From the human T2T-CHM13v2.0 reference genome, Homo sapiens, in the NCBI RefSeq assembly GCF_009914755.1, contig NC_060925.1: a stretch of DNA of 64,000 nucleotides; one strand, 5' to 3'. Position numbers and translations under genes: made by a program. Shown here in pieces: positions 48,185-61,606 of this stretch; the first letter of the stretch is position 1, and each line of letters opens with the position of its first letter. Below the pieces are notes generated by a model, which saw only the letters and a program-made list of their open reading frames with translations, ran no database searches and had not been told where the DNA came from.

Positions 48185-48440
48185 TTTTATGTGGGGAAAG
48201 CAGCGAGGAGAAAAGGCACGCTTGCAATTTAATGTAACTAAATGTCATTCCGCACCCCCTGTATCGCCGCTCAATCGAAAGCAACGGGGACTGGGGCTGA
48301 GGGGTAAAGATGGCGGCTGCCTAACCTGATTCATAACCCTCAGCGCCTGTTTATCATAAAATCATTTACGGCTCCATAAAACGTGTTCATTTGGGCGGCG
48401 GTGATGTATGTCTTTGATTTAGGAGCTGACACTTCTGCCC
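48185..48440. promoter_or_regulatory. Candidate developmental enhancer or conserved non-coding element in a CpG-rich block (about 47.9-49.15 kb)
   Basis: Repeat-free. YY1-type aagatggcggc (48307-48317), several Cdx/posterior-Hox-type ttttatg/tcataaa/ccataaa/tttacg sites, TCF-type ctttgat. Motif evidence only. Confidence 0.4.
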
Positions 48441-50957
48441 AGTGGCTGCCCAGCATGGGCTCTGCGGCCCCGAGAAGGGACGGGGAGAATGATCACACGG
48501 GGGCAGCGGGGCGGCGGGCTTGTTGATGGTGACATGTTTGGGCTGGCTGGTCTCTCCTCGGGGAAGCCTCCGGCCGGGAGGGAGGGAAGAGGAGGCCTGG
48601 GGCAGGCCTGGGGCAGGCCTGGGGCACGGTGGAGCCGTGTGGGGGGTGAATTAGAGGGAACCCTATCTGAAGGCTGGGGGCTGTCCCAGAATTCTGCCGT
48701 TTATTTAATAAATTCTTAGCGTGATTTCCCTCAGAGGAACTTGGCCGCTTCATGCGGGTCTGTTACCCTGGGCGCATTATTTATTGAGCACCTGCTGTGT
48801 CCAGGATTGTGTGATGTGCTGGGGTAGGAAGTCGTGTGCAAGGCAGATGAGGGTCCCGCCTGCAGAGTCCTCCCCCAGCCGTGGGCTCCGGCCTTAGGAT
48901 TCCTGGACGTGTCAAGGGCAGATTCGAGGAGAAGGGCACAGCAGGCGTCTGCAGCCCCCATCCCACCCTCTTGCCAATGCCCTTGGGTAATCAGCCTCCT
49001 CACTCTTAAGCGGGGGAGGCACCTGGCCGACCGCCACAGGACAGGGTTATGCATGGACGAGTCTCCAGGAAGAATGGACGTGGAAGTAGAAGTTTGGGCA
49101 TCCGGGGGTGGGCGGTGGTGCCGGAGCATCACAGCAGGGCCTTCCGTCTCCCACCGGCAGGAACACACTCTCCAAAAATGAGCTCTGCTCCCCATCTCCA
49201 GAGCATCCTCCCGGCCCACTCCTTCCCTGGCTCTCCTTCCTGATCACGGGCTTGTTTTTATGAATTTGAAAGGTAAAAAGCCAACGCTCCATGGAACTTC
49301 ATGTTTTCTCCACCCCCATAGTTTATTAAAAAAACGAAACACCCAGTAAATCATTTTTATGAGCAATTAAGTACCCTCTAGTGCATACATGGTGGGCTCA
49401 GCTGACAAATGGATTGACGACCCAGGCTAGGGGCTGAGCTGGTCTCCCCCGGTTCTGCCCCCACCCCCACCTGATCCCTTACTGCTCCCCTTGGCGGCCG
49501 AGGTAAGTGTTTCCATTCGTCAGTCTCAGGAGGAACGATGGTTTATGTTCTGGGCATGAGCGCTTTTATTTGCCATTATTTTCTCCTCTCCATGAGAACT
49601 GTTGGTTCATAACTTCTGTTATTGCAGAATATTATTTACAGATCTCAACCTAAGGGAAGCCAGCTGGGGGAATATTTGTTTGCACGGCTCCCCTTCCCCC
49701 AGACTCCCTCCCAAATCTCTAAATAAACTTTTCTATTGATTCTGGAGGGAAACATTCATCAGGCGTTGTCATGAGAGCAAGATGGAGAAGCTGATTTCAT
49801 TCCTGTTTTTGGAACATTTACTCTTCATTTCGTTGCCCTGAGGATGAAGCACTCTCATAGATGGCCCCAAACACTTCCAGGCAAGACCCACTTGAGAGGA
49901 CCAAGGAGCTTTCTCTCCAGACAGGTGACTCTAGAGCCTAATTCTTTGCCACCCCAGTGGGTTTCCAGATTTGTCCAGAGATTGTGACATTATCCAAATG
50001 ATGTTTATTTGATGGACTCATTTGCAAAGTGCTGTCTGTCAAGGTAATGCAGAGATCATCCTTTTAAACCCAATATCAAAGCCAGTGTTCTGACAACATT
50101 TTCCCTGATGTTTAAATGCATTTATACAAAGAGTCTTACAAGGGCCCAAATTTAAGTCATCCATGTGATAAATCACCTTTGCTTAAAAGAATAGAGATGG
50201 GCGATTGGGACTTATCCCTGAAAAACCGAGATCTGTGGCCGAGGTAGTCCTATAACACTCTGGTTGTATGAAATCAGTCACCAACAGGGAATTGTAGCTC
50301 CAAAGCCTGCTGATAAATGTTTCCTTTTTAATCTAAAATACTCCTTTGTAGCAACCACAGTTAGTAACTGGAACCACCAATTGTGTCCTCAATGTGGAAA
50401 AGAGGGACTGGCATGGCGTGGAAGCTCCCAATTCATGAGCTCCGACCCCGGAGTTTGTCTGTCCCTCCTCTGCCTTCTCATCTTCACCAAGATGGGATGC
50501 TGTGGGTAGGTGGCCACAATGGACATCGTCCAGTTGGTCCTAACCAGTCAGTTCCTGTCTTGAATTCTGTTTTGGGAAGTGAGATGAGGACATAGAAGGG
50601 GTCACATCATGTTGTGGCCAACTGAACTACTGCTGAGGATTGCAGTGTGTCCTGGTCCACACCAAGAGATGCTCACGGAGAGTCTTCTCTGAGTCTCAGC
50701 ATCCCCCAGGCATCAAGCATGGCCTCTGCCTTGCAATCCCCAAGGATGCACTGGTCATTCCTTAAATGCTCATTGAAAGGATGGAAAATGAATAAATGAC
50801 TTCTTCATCTCCAAAGTATCAAGGTGGCTGCTCCCTTCCCACGTTTCCTTCCTAAAGACAGAGGTGGACAAAGACTCAGTGTCCTCTGTGGGGGCTTTTA
50901 TGGGGGTCCATGGACATTTATTTGCAACCAATACTTACAAACATCAAAGTGGGTGGG

Positions 50958-52867
50958 TGCTGTAGTTTCAGGGTGTCCCTCAAAGTTCATGTGTTTGAAA
51001 CTTGATCCCCAGTGCAACAGCATTGAGAGGTGGGACCTTTAAGAGATGATTAGGCTATGAGGGCTCTAGCTTCATGAATGTATGAATACCCTTATCTTCA
51101 GAGTGGGTTAGTGATCATGGGAGTGGGTTAGATATCATGGGAGTGGGTTAGATATCATGGGAGTAGGTTAGTTATCATGAGAGTGGGTTAGTGATCATGG
51201 GAGGGGGTTAATTATCATGAGAGTGGGATAGTTATCATGAGAGTGGGTTAGTTATCATGGGAGTGGGTTAGATATCATGAGAGTGGGTTAATTATCATGA
51301 CAGTGGGTTGGTTATCATGGGAGTGGGTTAGATATCATGAGAGTGGGTTAATTATCATGACAGTGGGTTGGTTATCATGGGAGTGGGTTAGTCATCATGG
51401 GAGTGAGTTAGATATCATGGGAGTGGGTTAGTTATCATGAGAGTGGGTTAGTGATCATGGGAGGGGGTTAATTATCATGAGAGTGGGTTAGATATCATGG
51501 GAGTGGGTTAGTGATCATGGGAGTGGGTTAGTTATCATGAGAGTGGGTTAGATATCATGAGTGGGTTAGTCATCATGGAAGTGGGTTAGTCATCATGGGA
51601 GTGGGTTAGTCATCATGGGAGTAGGTTAGTTATCATGAGAGTGGGTTATTCAACATGGGAGTGGGTTAGATATCATGAGAGTGGGTTAGTAATCATGGGA
51701 GTGGGTAAGTGATCATGGGAGTGGTTTAGTTATCATGAGAGCGGGTTAGATATCATGAGAGTGGATTAGATATCATGGGAGTGGGTTAGTTATCATGGGA
51801 GTGGGTTAATCAACATGGGAGTGGGTTAGTCAACATGGGAGTGGGTTAGTCAACATGGGAGTGGGTTAGATATCATGAGAGTGGGTTAATTATCATGACA
51901 GTGGGTTGGTTATCATGGGAGTGGGTTAGTTATCATGGGAGTGGGTTAGATATCATGAGAGTGGGTTAATTATCATGACAGTGGGTTGGTTATCATGGGA
52001 GTGGGTTAGTTATCATGGAAGTGGGTTAGATAACATGGGAGTGGGTTAGTCATCATGGGAGTGGGTTAGTTATCGTGGGAGTGGGTTATCATGGGAGTGG
52101 GTTAGTCATCATGGGAGTGGGTTAGTTATCATGAGAGTGGGTTAGTGATCATGGAAGTGGGTTAGTGATCATGGGAGTGAGTTAGTGATCATGGGAGTGG
52201 GTTGGTTGTCATGGGAGTGGGTTAGATATCATGAGAGTGGGTTAGTTATCATGGGAGTGGGTTAGTCATCATGGGAGTGGGTTAGTGATCATGGGAGTGG
52301 GTTAGTGATCATGAGAGTGGGTTAGTGATCATGGGAGTGGGTTAGTGATCATGGGAGCGGGTTAGTGATCATGGGAGCGGGTTAGTGATCATGGGAGTGG
52401 GTTAGTTGTCATGGGAGCGGGTTAGATATCATGAGAGTGGGTTAGTTATCATGGGAGTGGGTTAGTGATCATGGGAGTGGATTAATGATCATGGGAGTGG
52501 GTTAGTTGTCATGGGAGTGGGTTGGTTATCATGAGAGTGGGTTAGTTATCATGAGAGTGAGTTAGTGATCACGAGAGTGGGTTAGTTATTGTGAGAGTGG
52601 GTTAGTGATCATGGGAGTGGGTTAGTTATCATGTTATCATGGTGATGAACTCCTAATGAAAGGATGACTTTGATCTCCTTCCATCCTCTCCCTCTCTTGC
52701 CCTCCTACCTTTCTACATGGGACGACACCTTAAGAAGGCCCTCATCAGATGGGGGCACCTTGGCCTTGGACTTCCTAGCCTCAAGAGTTGTAAGAAATAA
52801 ATCTCTGTTCTTTATAAATTACCCAGTCTCAGGTATTCTGTATGGTAGTACAGCATGGACTAAGCCA
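50958..52867 (+). mobile_element. MSTD/MLT1A-type solo LTR split by an internal minisatellite
   Basis: 5' part tgctgtagttt...gaggtgggacctttaagagatgattagg; 3' part aagaaggccctcatcagatg...tataaattacccagtctcaggtattctg...ggactaagcca. Confidence 0.87.
51101..52632. repeat. 20-bp minisatellite (gagtgggttagttatcatgg), about 76 copies
   Basis: Directly visible; variant units gatatc, tgatc, gtcatc, caacat. Confidence 0.98.
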
Positions 52868-54370
52868 TGGGAGATAACTTATTCCAGTTTAAGAGTTCCC
52901 TGGAGCATGCACTGTGCAGTGGGTATGTGGCCGTCATGGAGCATGAGATGTTTGTTCACTGTAAGCAGCATGTTTTGGTTAGGGAGCTGCTGTGTGCTGT
53001 CTCCTCGGCTTGGGGCTAATTGTAGTCTGAATTTGAGGCTTTCTTTCTGCCTGCTCACCTTGAACTTTTACTGCACTGCCTGGTTTTTGGGTCCCAGGAA
53101 GCAGTCTAAATAATTTGTATATACGCTGCCTTCGGCAGCACAACAACCTAAATAATTTGGACTCCAGGAAGTCCCTAACAATTCTTCTTGGTGTTATTGC
53201 TATTGTTATAAGCAGAGCCTGGCTACTGAGTGAACAATGGCCTAAACCAAGCCCTAGCTTGAGTCTCAAAGTTCAGGGCACGTGTCCAGCAAAGCAGGCT
53301 GCAGCTGAGGGTTGCTGGGATGCCCCTGAGGGTTTGGTGATAGCTGAGGAGAGGTCGTGGAGCAGACAGCGTTCTATCTTGCAGAAGCCCAAAGAACCAG
53401 ATGGGCCCCAGCTCCCAGAGACCTCTCCCTCTCCTCTGCCTGACTTCCTTGCCTCCTTGCCTGGGCCTGAGCTTCCTTCACCAGCCCCTCCCTTACGTGG
53501 GGTCTGCTCCCACTTCCTCCAGAAGCCCTCCCTGCATCTGCCAGGTCTGGGGAGGGGGTCTGCCCTCTGACCTCTCCCGTATTACTGCTGACCCCAGCTC
53601 CTCTGCCCAGGCCCTGTGATCTGCCATAACCTGCCTCCTCCTGTTCCTCTCATTATTACCTGCCTGCCGGCCCTTCCACACCCCTTCCCTTCCCCACTGT
53701 TCCTGCTGGCTGCACACTCAGCTACCCCCTTCCACCAGCACTTTCTGGAGCTCCTGGGCCCTGCCGGACCTCTGACTCAGCCTCTGGGGCTGGCCCAGGA
53801 CTGTCTCCCTTGACCCAGCTCATTCCCCACTGCTGTTTCCTGAGTCCCAGGGCGCTGTTTCTGGTTCTGACCTCCAAGCCACACCGCCACCTTTGTGCTG
53901 AACTAGAAACAGTGAAGATTCCCAGAATCTCGGACAGCTCCGCCCCCCTTGCCCTAAAGAACTGAAAGTGGAGGAGTGGGACCGCCTTGTTTTCCACTCT
54001 GAGCCTTCCCCCTCATCACTGAGCTCTCAGAATTTTCTGGACTCCGAGAGTCCCTCAAGGACTGACTCTGGACAGCGATGTCGGGGTGTGGGAGTTCTGC
54101 CTGCAAGAAGCTCTGCAGAGAGATAATGAACCAAACTGTGGTTTGAATAATAAAATAACACTTAGCGAGAGTAAACCAACTGCCACCGAAATGCCAGTGA
54201 ATACGTACACACGCAAGTTTAGTACAAATGCTGAAAAATACCCTCTTCTCCCCATTCGAGATGGCATGTGCCCTGAATGAAACACTGAACCCAGTCCCTC
54301 TTTTCAGCCCCTTGACACCCTGCTGGAGCCCCTGGGGAAGGAAAGCGTTTTCTTCCCAATTTCCTACCCT

Positions 54371-54459
54371 GGGAAGGGGTGGTTTCCAGAGCTGGGTCTT
54401 TAGGTAAGAGGTGGTTTCCTGGGCTGGGTCTCTAGGGAAGGGGTGGTTTCCTGGGCTGG
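54371..54459. repeat. 32-bp tandem repeat, about 2.8 copies
   Basis: gggaaggggtggtttcc(a/t)g(a/g)gctgggtct(t/c)ta-like units at 54371, 54403 and 54435. Confidence 0.85.
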
Positions 54460-57296
54460 TGCTGCATGCGGGTCGTGGGTCAGAGCTGTCTTTCCATGTA
54501 TGGTTTGCCCACTGTCTGTATATTCAGCCTCTGGTTTCTGAATCCCTGAGCCTGAGTTTTACCCACTAGTGGAAAGGGCAGAGGATGTGAGTGCTCTTCA
54601 GACCCCAACACCTGCATATCTGACTCCCTAGGCTGTCCCTGACTGAGAGCCCAGCCTGAGACTTCCACACTCAGATGTGCGCGCTGTGCACAGAGTGGAC
54701 GCCTCGACCTGAACCTCTCTCCTGCAAAGCCTGGCAAACCACATACTATGGTGCCCCAAGAATGCAGCAGACACATCCTTCTCGCATTCATGAGGCTCCA
54801 CTGAGACACTGGGCTCAGAGTCACAGGAAGGAAACAAACTTTGTGAAAATCAGAATGTTGAAGCCACTCCCTGGAGCCGGGAGGGCAGGGACTGTCATTG
54901 CCATGTGCACACGCAGGAGCACAGGTTTCATGCAACATCCTCACTCTGATAGAACCTAAGGGGTATATATACCTGGGCCCTAGGATATTAGCAAAGCAAA
55001 TATATTTTGAGCAGCATTTCTGCCAATAATGGGGTGACAGGATGAGTCACCCCATTATTGAATCTGTGGTTCATACAGGAGGGGCAGGTGGCACTTTCCT
55101 CCCTATTTTCTCTCTCCCTGCTTCTCTTTCCCTCAATTTCTCTGTGTTCCTTGGCCAGGGTGTAGCTTTAGCCCTAAGTGTCCACTTAATTTCATTTCTA
55201 CTCCCCACTCCTCCAAGCCTGGCTGCTATCCTCTTGGCTCCAATCTGGTTTGGGGGCCGGTTTCAAGCAGAGAAAAATACAGTTCAGAGGTGGACAGTGC
55301 ATCAGGTTGCCCTGGACACAGGTAGTGACTCATCTGGCACCCTTTAAACCCACCTCTGGGGCTGACTATGAAGCCCCTTGCAGGCTTTGCAGGAGCTCAT
55401 TCTGTTGCTCAAAGAAATGGATGAATGAATGGAAGACCAAGGCCAAAGGCCAAAAGAGAGACAGGGGGACAAGGGGGCTGCGGACAGGGAAGTGGGGATG
55501 GGGCGGGGGTCACTTATCTCCTGGCTGTCCCCGCTGGCGCTGGCAGGCAGCCTGAATCCGACATCCCTGCGGGTGGGCAGGTGAGGCTTGGTGGGAGCCT
55601 CTTTTCCCCTTTGTGCGTGGGGGGGTCCCTTTCAATCCACAACTCCTTGGTTTGGTGTATGGTTTCTATGGCTTTTAAATTTTTTTTCGTAAGATGCCCT
55701 GGCCTCCACCAAACTCCACGCCATGCTCCTCTCTGCCCTTCCCATTTGAGAGATTCAGAAAATTCCATTCATTGAAGCAGGTGGAGGTTTATATTTGGGA
55801 GGAACTTTCCTTTGGTGCCCTGACACCACTGACACTCATATTTGTCGCGAAATGTAACTTTCTCCTAGGATTCCCCCTCAAGGGCTCCCATGGGCTCCTT
55901 TCATCCCAGAGGACAGGAATTAGACTGGTCAACAATTAATGCAGTCAGAGAAGAGCAAGGTAAAGGAACCCAGGCCTCAGGGAAGGTGAGAATGGGAGCG
56001 GAGCCCGCAGGCCCAGCCCACGCAGGATGATGGAGAAGGCTCAGTCCCACACCATGGCACACCAAGAACAAAGCAGGCCCAGCCTTCGCTCACCAAATGC
56101 ACGATGGCAGGTAACCTCGGGTCACACGCGGAACTAGGTTTCCAGCATTAACGTCATGGCCACTTCCTTCCACTTTCGCCGAGACCCTGCAGAAACGAAG
56201 ATCGTTCCTTGCTTTACCTTCTGGCTCTATACCTGGGCCCCTGAGCTGCAAGGGGCCTTGGGAGCCAGCCCCTCCTGCCAACCCAGGTTTGAGAGAGCCC
56301 CTGCATCTGAGCCCCCTGATCCAAGCCCACAGCAAGGCCAGTCTCCCCAGTGCAGGCAAAAGTCCATCCACATCGTGGAATGTGTTGGAGGGATTCTTTT
56401 TGTGGGCAATGAGGTTTGGGGTGGGAGATACAGGGAAGACATAAAACAGGGAAAGAGTCCCATAGGAGGCCACAGCACATCTCAGGATAGCACTGTTCCC
56501 TGTCATAGATAGGGCCCCTCAGAGTGCAGCACAGCTCCCTCAGCTGAGGAGCCTTCGGGGTCTCTGCTCCTCCTCTCCCTAGCTTCCGAGATGCTAGAGC
56601 TGGGGGATGGGGCAGGGGCCCTCCTGTTCTTTCTGAGCCAGGGACAGGAGGGTGCAGGCACCGTGCGATGGCCCGTGAAGTTCCAAGGGCTGCCCTTCCT
56701 GCCACGCTTCCCACCCAACCTTGCACGCTGTAGGGCCAGGGGTCAGGATGTGTGAGAAGCTGGGGTGGGATGTCCTCCCTGCCATGGGCCCCGGCCACCC
56801 CAGTGGGGTTTGATCCTGGGCTGAGTCCTCCCCTGTGACCTTAAGAGTCGTGGGCCACCCAGTTCCTGGTCTGTGCTTTCCAAACTGGGTTCCACATGTG
56901 CTGGGGCTCACAACTGCCAGTAAGTGGGTTCCCCAAGGGCCCCAGCTGCCTCTTTTCTAGGTTTCTCTTTAGGGGAAGGAATCTCCCATTCCAGGGAGAC
57001 GGGACCCCAAAGCCTGGGCAGAGGATGGGACCCCAGAGTCTCAGTGGGCAGCTCAATGTCTCCTTTGGAGAAAGCTGTCTCAGAGAAGAGGGCTGCTGGT
57101 AGCCTGGGAGTTGGGAGGTTGGGAGAGGGAGGCCCACGTCTGCTCTGGGCTCCACCCCCACCCAGCCTGATCATCTCTGTCTGTGAGGCTGGGCCTCACC
57201 CTCCTCACCCGAGAAACCTTCATCCATCAGCTGGTCCACTCCACTCCCAGCTCCCTCGTGACCTCAGGCCTGCCCCAGGGACACTCTTCAAGTGAG

Positions 57297-57772
57297 GGTG
57301 GTCGAAAGAATAAAGGACCTCAAAGATGTCTACATCCTAGTCCCTGAACCCTGTAAAGATGTCACTTACATGGCAAAAGGGATTTTGCAGATAAGATTAA
57401 ATTAAGGGTTGGAGACAGTGGATCATCCTGTTCTACCTGGTGGGCCCAGTGGAATGAGGAGTGCTTCTAAGAGGGAGGCAGGAGGGATGGAGTCAGGAAA
57501 AGGAGCAGGGATGGTGGAGTGGAGGGTGGACGGATGCACCCTGGAGATGGAGGAGGGGCCACCAGCAGCAGAACGTGCGCAGTATCGAGGAAACGGTGAA
57601 GGTGAGACGCGGACACCCTGGAGCTCCAGAAAGGAAGGCAGCTCTGCGGACTCCTTGGTTTCATCCTCGCATAACACATTTCAGACTTCCAGAGTTGTAA
57701 GAGAATACATTTGTGCTGTTTTAAGCCACTAATTTTGCAGCAATTTGTGACAGCAACCACAGGAAGTGAATA
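57297..57772 (+). mobile_element. MLT1D-like solo LTR
   Basis: aaagatgtctacatcctagtccctg...ttacatggcaaaagggattttgcagat...ttttaagccactaattttgcagcaatttgtgacagca. Confidence 0.85.
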
Positions 57773-58024
57773 TGGCCAGGATCAGAAATTCCAGAGGAAG
57801 CTGGGCTTTCTGATGCTGCCCAACTCTATCCTCTGTCCAGGCTCTGACTCTGGGCCCTGGCTGAGGTGTGCAATGGGGGTGCTGCTGCTGTGTCCTTGCT
57901 GCACCCAGTGACCTGCGAGAGAACCTTCCTCCAGAGGGAGCCGACTTTAGCAGCGTCTGGTTTACCCTGGAGCCTCCAGGTCCCCTCTCGGGGTACAACG
58001 AGCACTTTGCCACCCTCCTGGTAG

Positions 58025-58351
<327 letters not shown>

Positions 58352-58647
58352 CAGCCCTTCCCATTTCCATCCTGGCTGCCAGGAGAGATGGGATTTCGTG
58401 ACCCATTGCTCCGCTGATTTTCCCAACACATTATTGAGATGCTTCAGTGCTCCAAGCCAAAGTCACAACAAATATCCTTTCCCCTCCCCCGATCATTTCT
58501 CCAACTCACTCTGGCTCCCGAGGACTTGGTGCCATTGGGCCCAGGAAGAGTGAAGTGGCTGAGGAGCCCTTTACATGAGTGTAGGGAAAGGCAACCACAG
58601 CCTCCTTAGCTGCAGGCAGGTGCAGACAGAACACAGCACGAGAGCCT

Positions 58648-58768
58648 GCATGTGTGTTTGCGTGTGTGTGTGTGTGTACACACAGACACATGAATGCTGA
58701 CGTATGTGTACATACATGTGCATGTAAGAGTGTGTGTGCATGCCTGTGTGCATGTGTATGTGTGTGTC
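58648..58768. repeat. Degenerate (TG)n/(CA)n repeat
   Basis: Directly visible. Confidence 0.8.
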
Positions 58769-59794
58769 TGGTGTTGTCACGGGGAAAGCATGGGAAAACT
58801 TCTCTCATCGGTTTCTGGCCTCTTGTAGTCACAGCACAGACCTAGTTCTCAGGTGGAATTCTGCCCCTGGATGTGATGACCTCCTGGGCGTATCATCTGG
58901 GCCTGGCTTCTATTGGCTGTGGCATGGGGTGAAAGCTGTCATTGTTACTCTATTTCACAGAGTCCTTATCCCCAGCTAAAGAGTCTTCAGGGTCAGATTC
59001 TTAATGTGATTATTCTGAAACTCCAAGTCAATGACTTATCTTATGAAAACCTCTGCTACCCACAGGTTACTGGAAAAACAAGCAAAATCCTTCTCTCACT
59101 CTCTATTAGACCTAAGATACATTGATGCTGTTTTCACAGTTCATGGTTCAGGGAAATTTACATTTGATTCCTTTCAGAGAATATAAAGGTAGCTCTTACA
59201 TAAGAAGGAGTAGGGCTAAAAGAGATGTTGGTATAATTTAAACACTTAAAATTGCAATTTAAAGAAAGACTTTAAATATTTTGGGCCTATGACATCTAAC
59301 TGCTGACTCCCAGGTCAGTGAATGGGGCTGGGCAGAAATTTTGGGAGCGAGATAGCAGAATGTACCAACAGAAGGGCCCAGTGGTGAGCTGGCATGTCAT
59401 ACTTCACACATAAATAGACTATATGAGCCATTTATCTTCTCATATATGCATCATCCACTCAGGATTTGGTATCAACAATATAATAAACCCCATCTTTTAT
59501 GTAGGCATTTCCTACATAAAATAAACCTCTTTCTACTGAACATAGTTCAGGAAATTCATGGTCATTGGCTTTGTTATCCTTTTTGTGTAACTCACTGTGT
59601 CGAGAGAGAAGCATTGGCAGCCAGGCTGTCCTTGGAATTGAATTTACTTAATGTGAGCCACCTGGTCTCCTCTCCTTGGGATGCCAAGAGGAAGCGTCAC
59701 CTTAGCACTCTGGCCTCTGCCCTTGGGCACCCAGGAGAAGAGGGGGCCTTTTGGTTTGCACAACACGGAGAAGGTGTGCAGGGCTGATCGATGG

Positions 59795-59990
59795 AGCAGC
59801 TGCCTAGGTTGGAATCCCAGTCAGACCCTTGCCAGGTAGGCAGCCTTGAGCAAACATAAGCTCCAATGTTCTCATTTGCAATTATTGTCCCTATGTCATA
59901 GGACTGCTGTTGGGGTAAAATGAATGAATATGTACAAAGCATTGAAAACAGTGTGAACACTTAGTAAATGCCCCATGAATGTTGGCTGGG
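59795..59990 (+). mobile_element. MIR
   Basis: ggttggaatcccag...ccttgagcaa...aaatgaatgaatatgtacaaagcatt...agtaaatgccccatgaatgttggct. Confidence 0.7.
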
Positions 59991-59994
59991 TGTT

Positions 59995-61606
59995 GTCATC
60001 ACATGATCACCATGATCATCGTTACCACTACCACCACCATCACCACTATCATAGACACCGTCCTTACTTTCATCACGGTAATTACTATCATGATTACCAC
60101 CGTCATCATCACCATCATCATTACATCATTGTCACCATCACCACCACCACCACCATTATCATCACCACCATTCTTACTATCATCACTGTGATCACCATCA
60201 TCATTACCACCATCACCATCACCATCATCATTACATCATCATCATCATCACCACCACCACTACCACACCACCACCATCACACCATTATCATTATCATCAC
60301 CACCATTCTTACTATCATCACTGTGATCACCATCATCATTACCACCATCACCATCACCATCATCATTACATCATCATCACCATCACCACCACCACCACCA
60401 CACTACCACCATCACACCATTATCATTATCATCACCACCATCCTTACTATCATCACTGTGATCACCATCATCATTACCACCACCATCATCACCAACATCA
60501 TTAAATCATCATCACCATCACCACCACCACCACCACCACCATCACACCATTATCATCACCACCATCCTTACTATCATCACTGTGATCACCATCTTCATCA
60601 CCACCATCACCATCACCATCATCATTACATCATCATCATCATCACCATCACCACCACCACCACCACACCACCACCACCATCACACCATTATCATTATCAT
60701 CACCACCATCCTTACTATCATCACTGTGATCACCATCATCATTACCACCACCATCATCACCATCATCATTACATCATCATCATCATCACCATCACCACCA
60801 CCACCACCACACCACCACCACCATCACACCATTATCATTATCATCACCACCATCCTTACTATCATCACTGTGATCACCATCATCATTACCACCACCATCA
60901 TCACCATCATTACATCATCATCATCACCATCACCACCACCACCACACCACCACCATCACACCATTATCATTATCATCACCATCATCCTTACTATCATCAC
61001 TGTGATCACCATCTTCATTACCACCACCATCATCACCATCATTACATCATCATCATCATCACCATCACCACCACCACCACCACACCATTATCATCACCAC
61101 CATCCTTACTATCATCACTGTGATCACCATCTTCATCACCACCATCACCATCACCATCATCATTACATCATCATCACCATCACCACCACCACCACACCAC
61201 CACCATCACACCATTATCATTATCACCACCATCCTTACTATCATCACTGTGATCACCATCTTCATTACCACCATCACCATCACCATCATCATTACATCAT
61301 CATCACCATCACCACCACCACCACCACACCACCACCATCACCATTATCATTATCATCACCACCATCCTTACTATCATCACTGTGATCACCATCTTCATCA
61401 CCACCAACACCATCACCATCACCATCATCACTACCATCATCACCACCATCCTTACCATAATCACTGTGATCACCGTCATCACCAATACCATCATTACCAT
61501 TATCATCATCACCATCGTTACCATCTCCATCATCACCATCATCACCATCACCACCACCATCATCATCATAATCGTCATCATTATCACCATCACTATCATC
61601 ACCATG
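59995..61606. repeat. (CAT/CAC)n-based array with a higher-order unit of about 117-144 bp
   Basis: Anchor cttactatcatcactgtgatcacc recurs 10 times (plus one variant), separated by variable CAC/CAT tracts. Confidence 0.97.

Noticed and set aside
51101-52632. Interstitial telomeric repeat (GGGTTAG in each unit)
   Set aside because: There is no tandem TTAGGG. The unit is 20 bp and continuous with the host LTR sequence.
60170-61480. CRISPR-like appearance (constant anchor with variable spacers)
   Set aside because: The spacers are homologous low-complexity CAC/CAT tracts, there are no cas genes, and the DNA is human.
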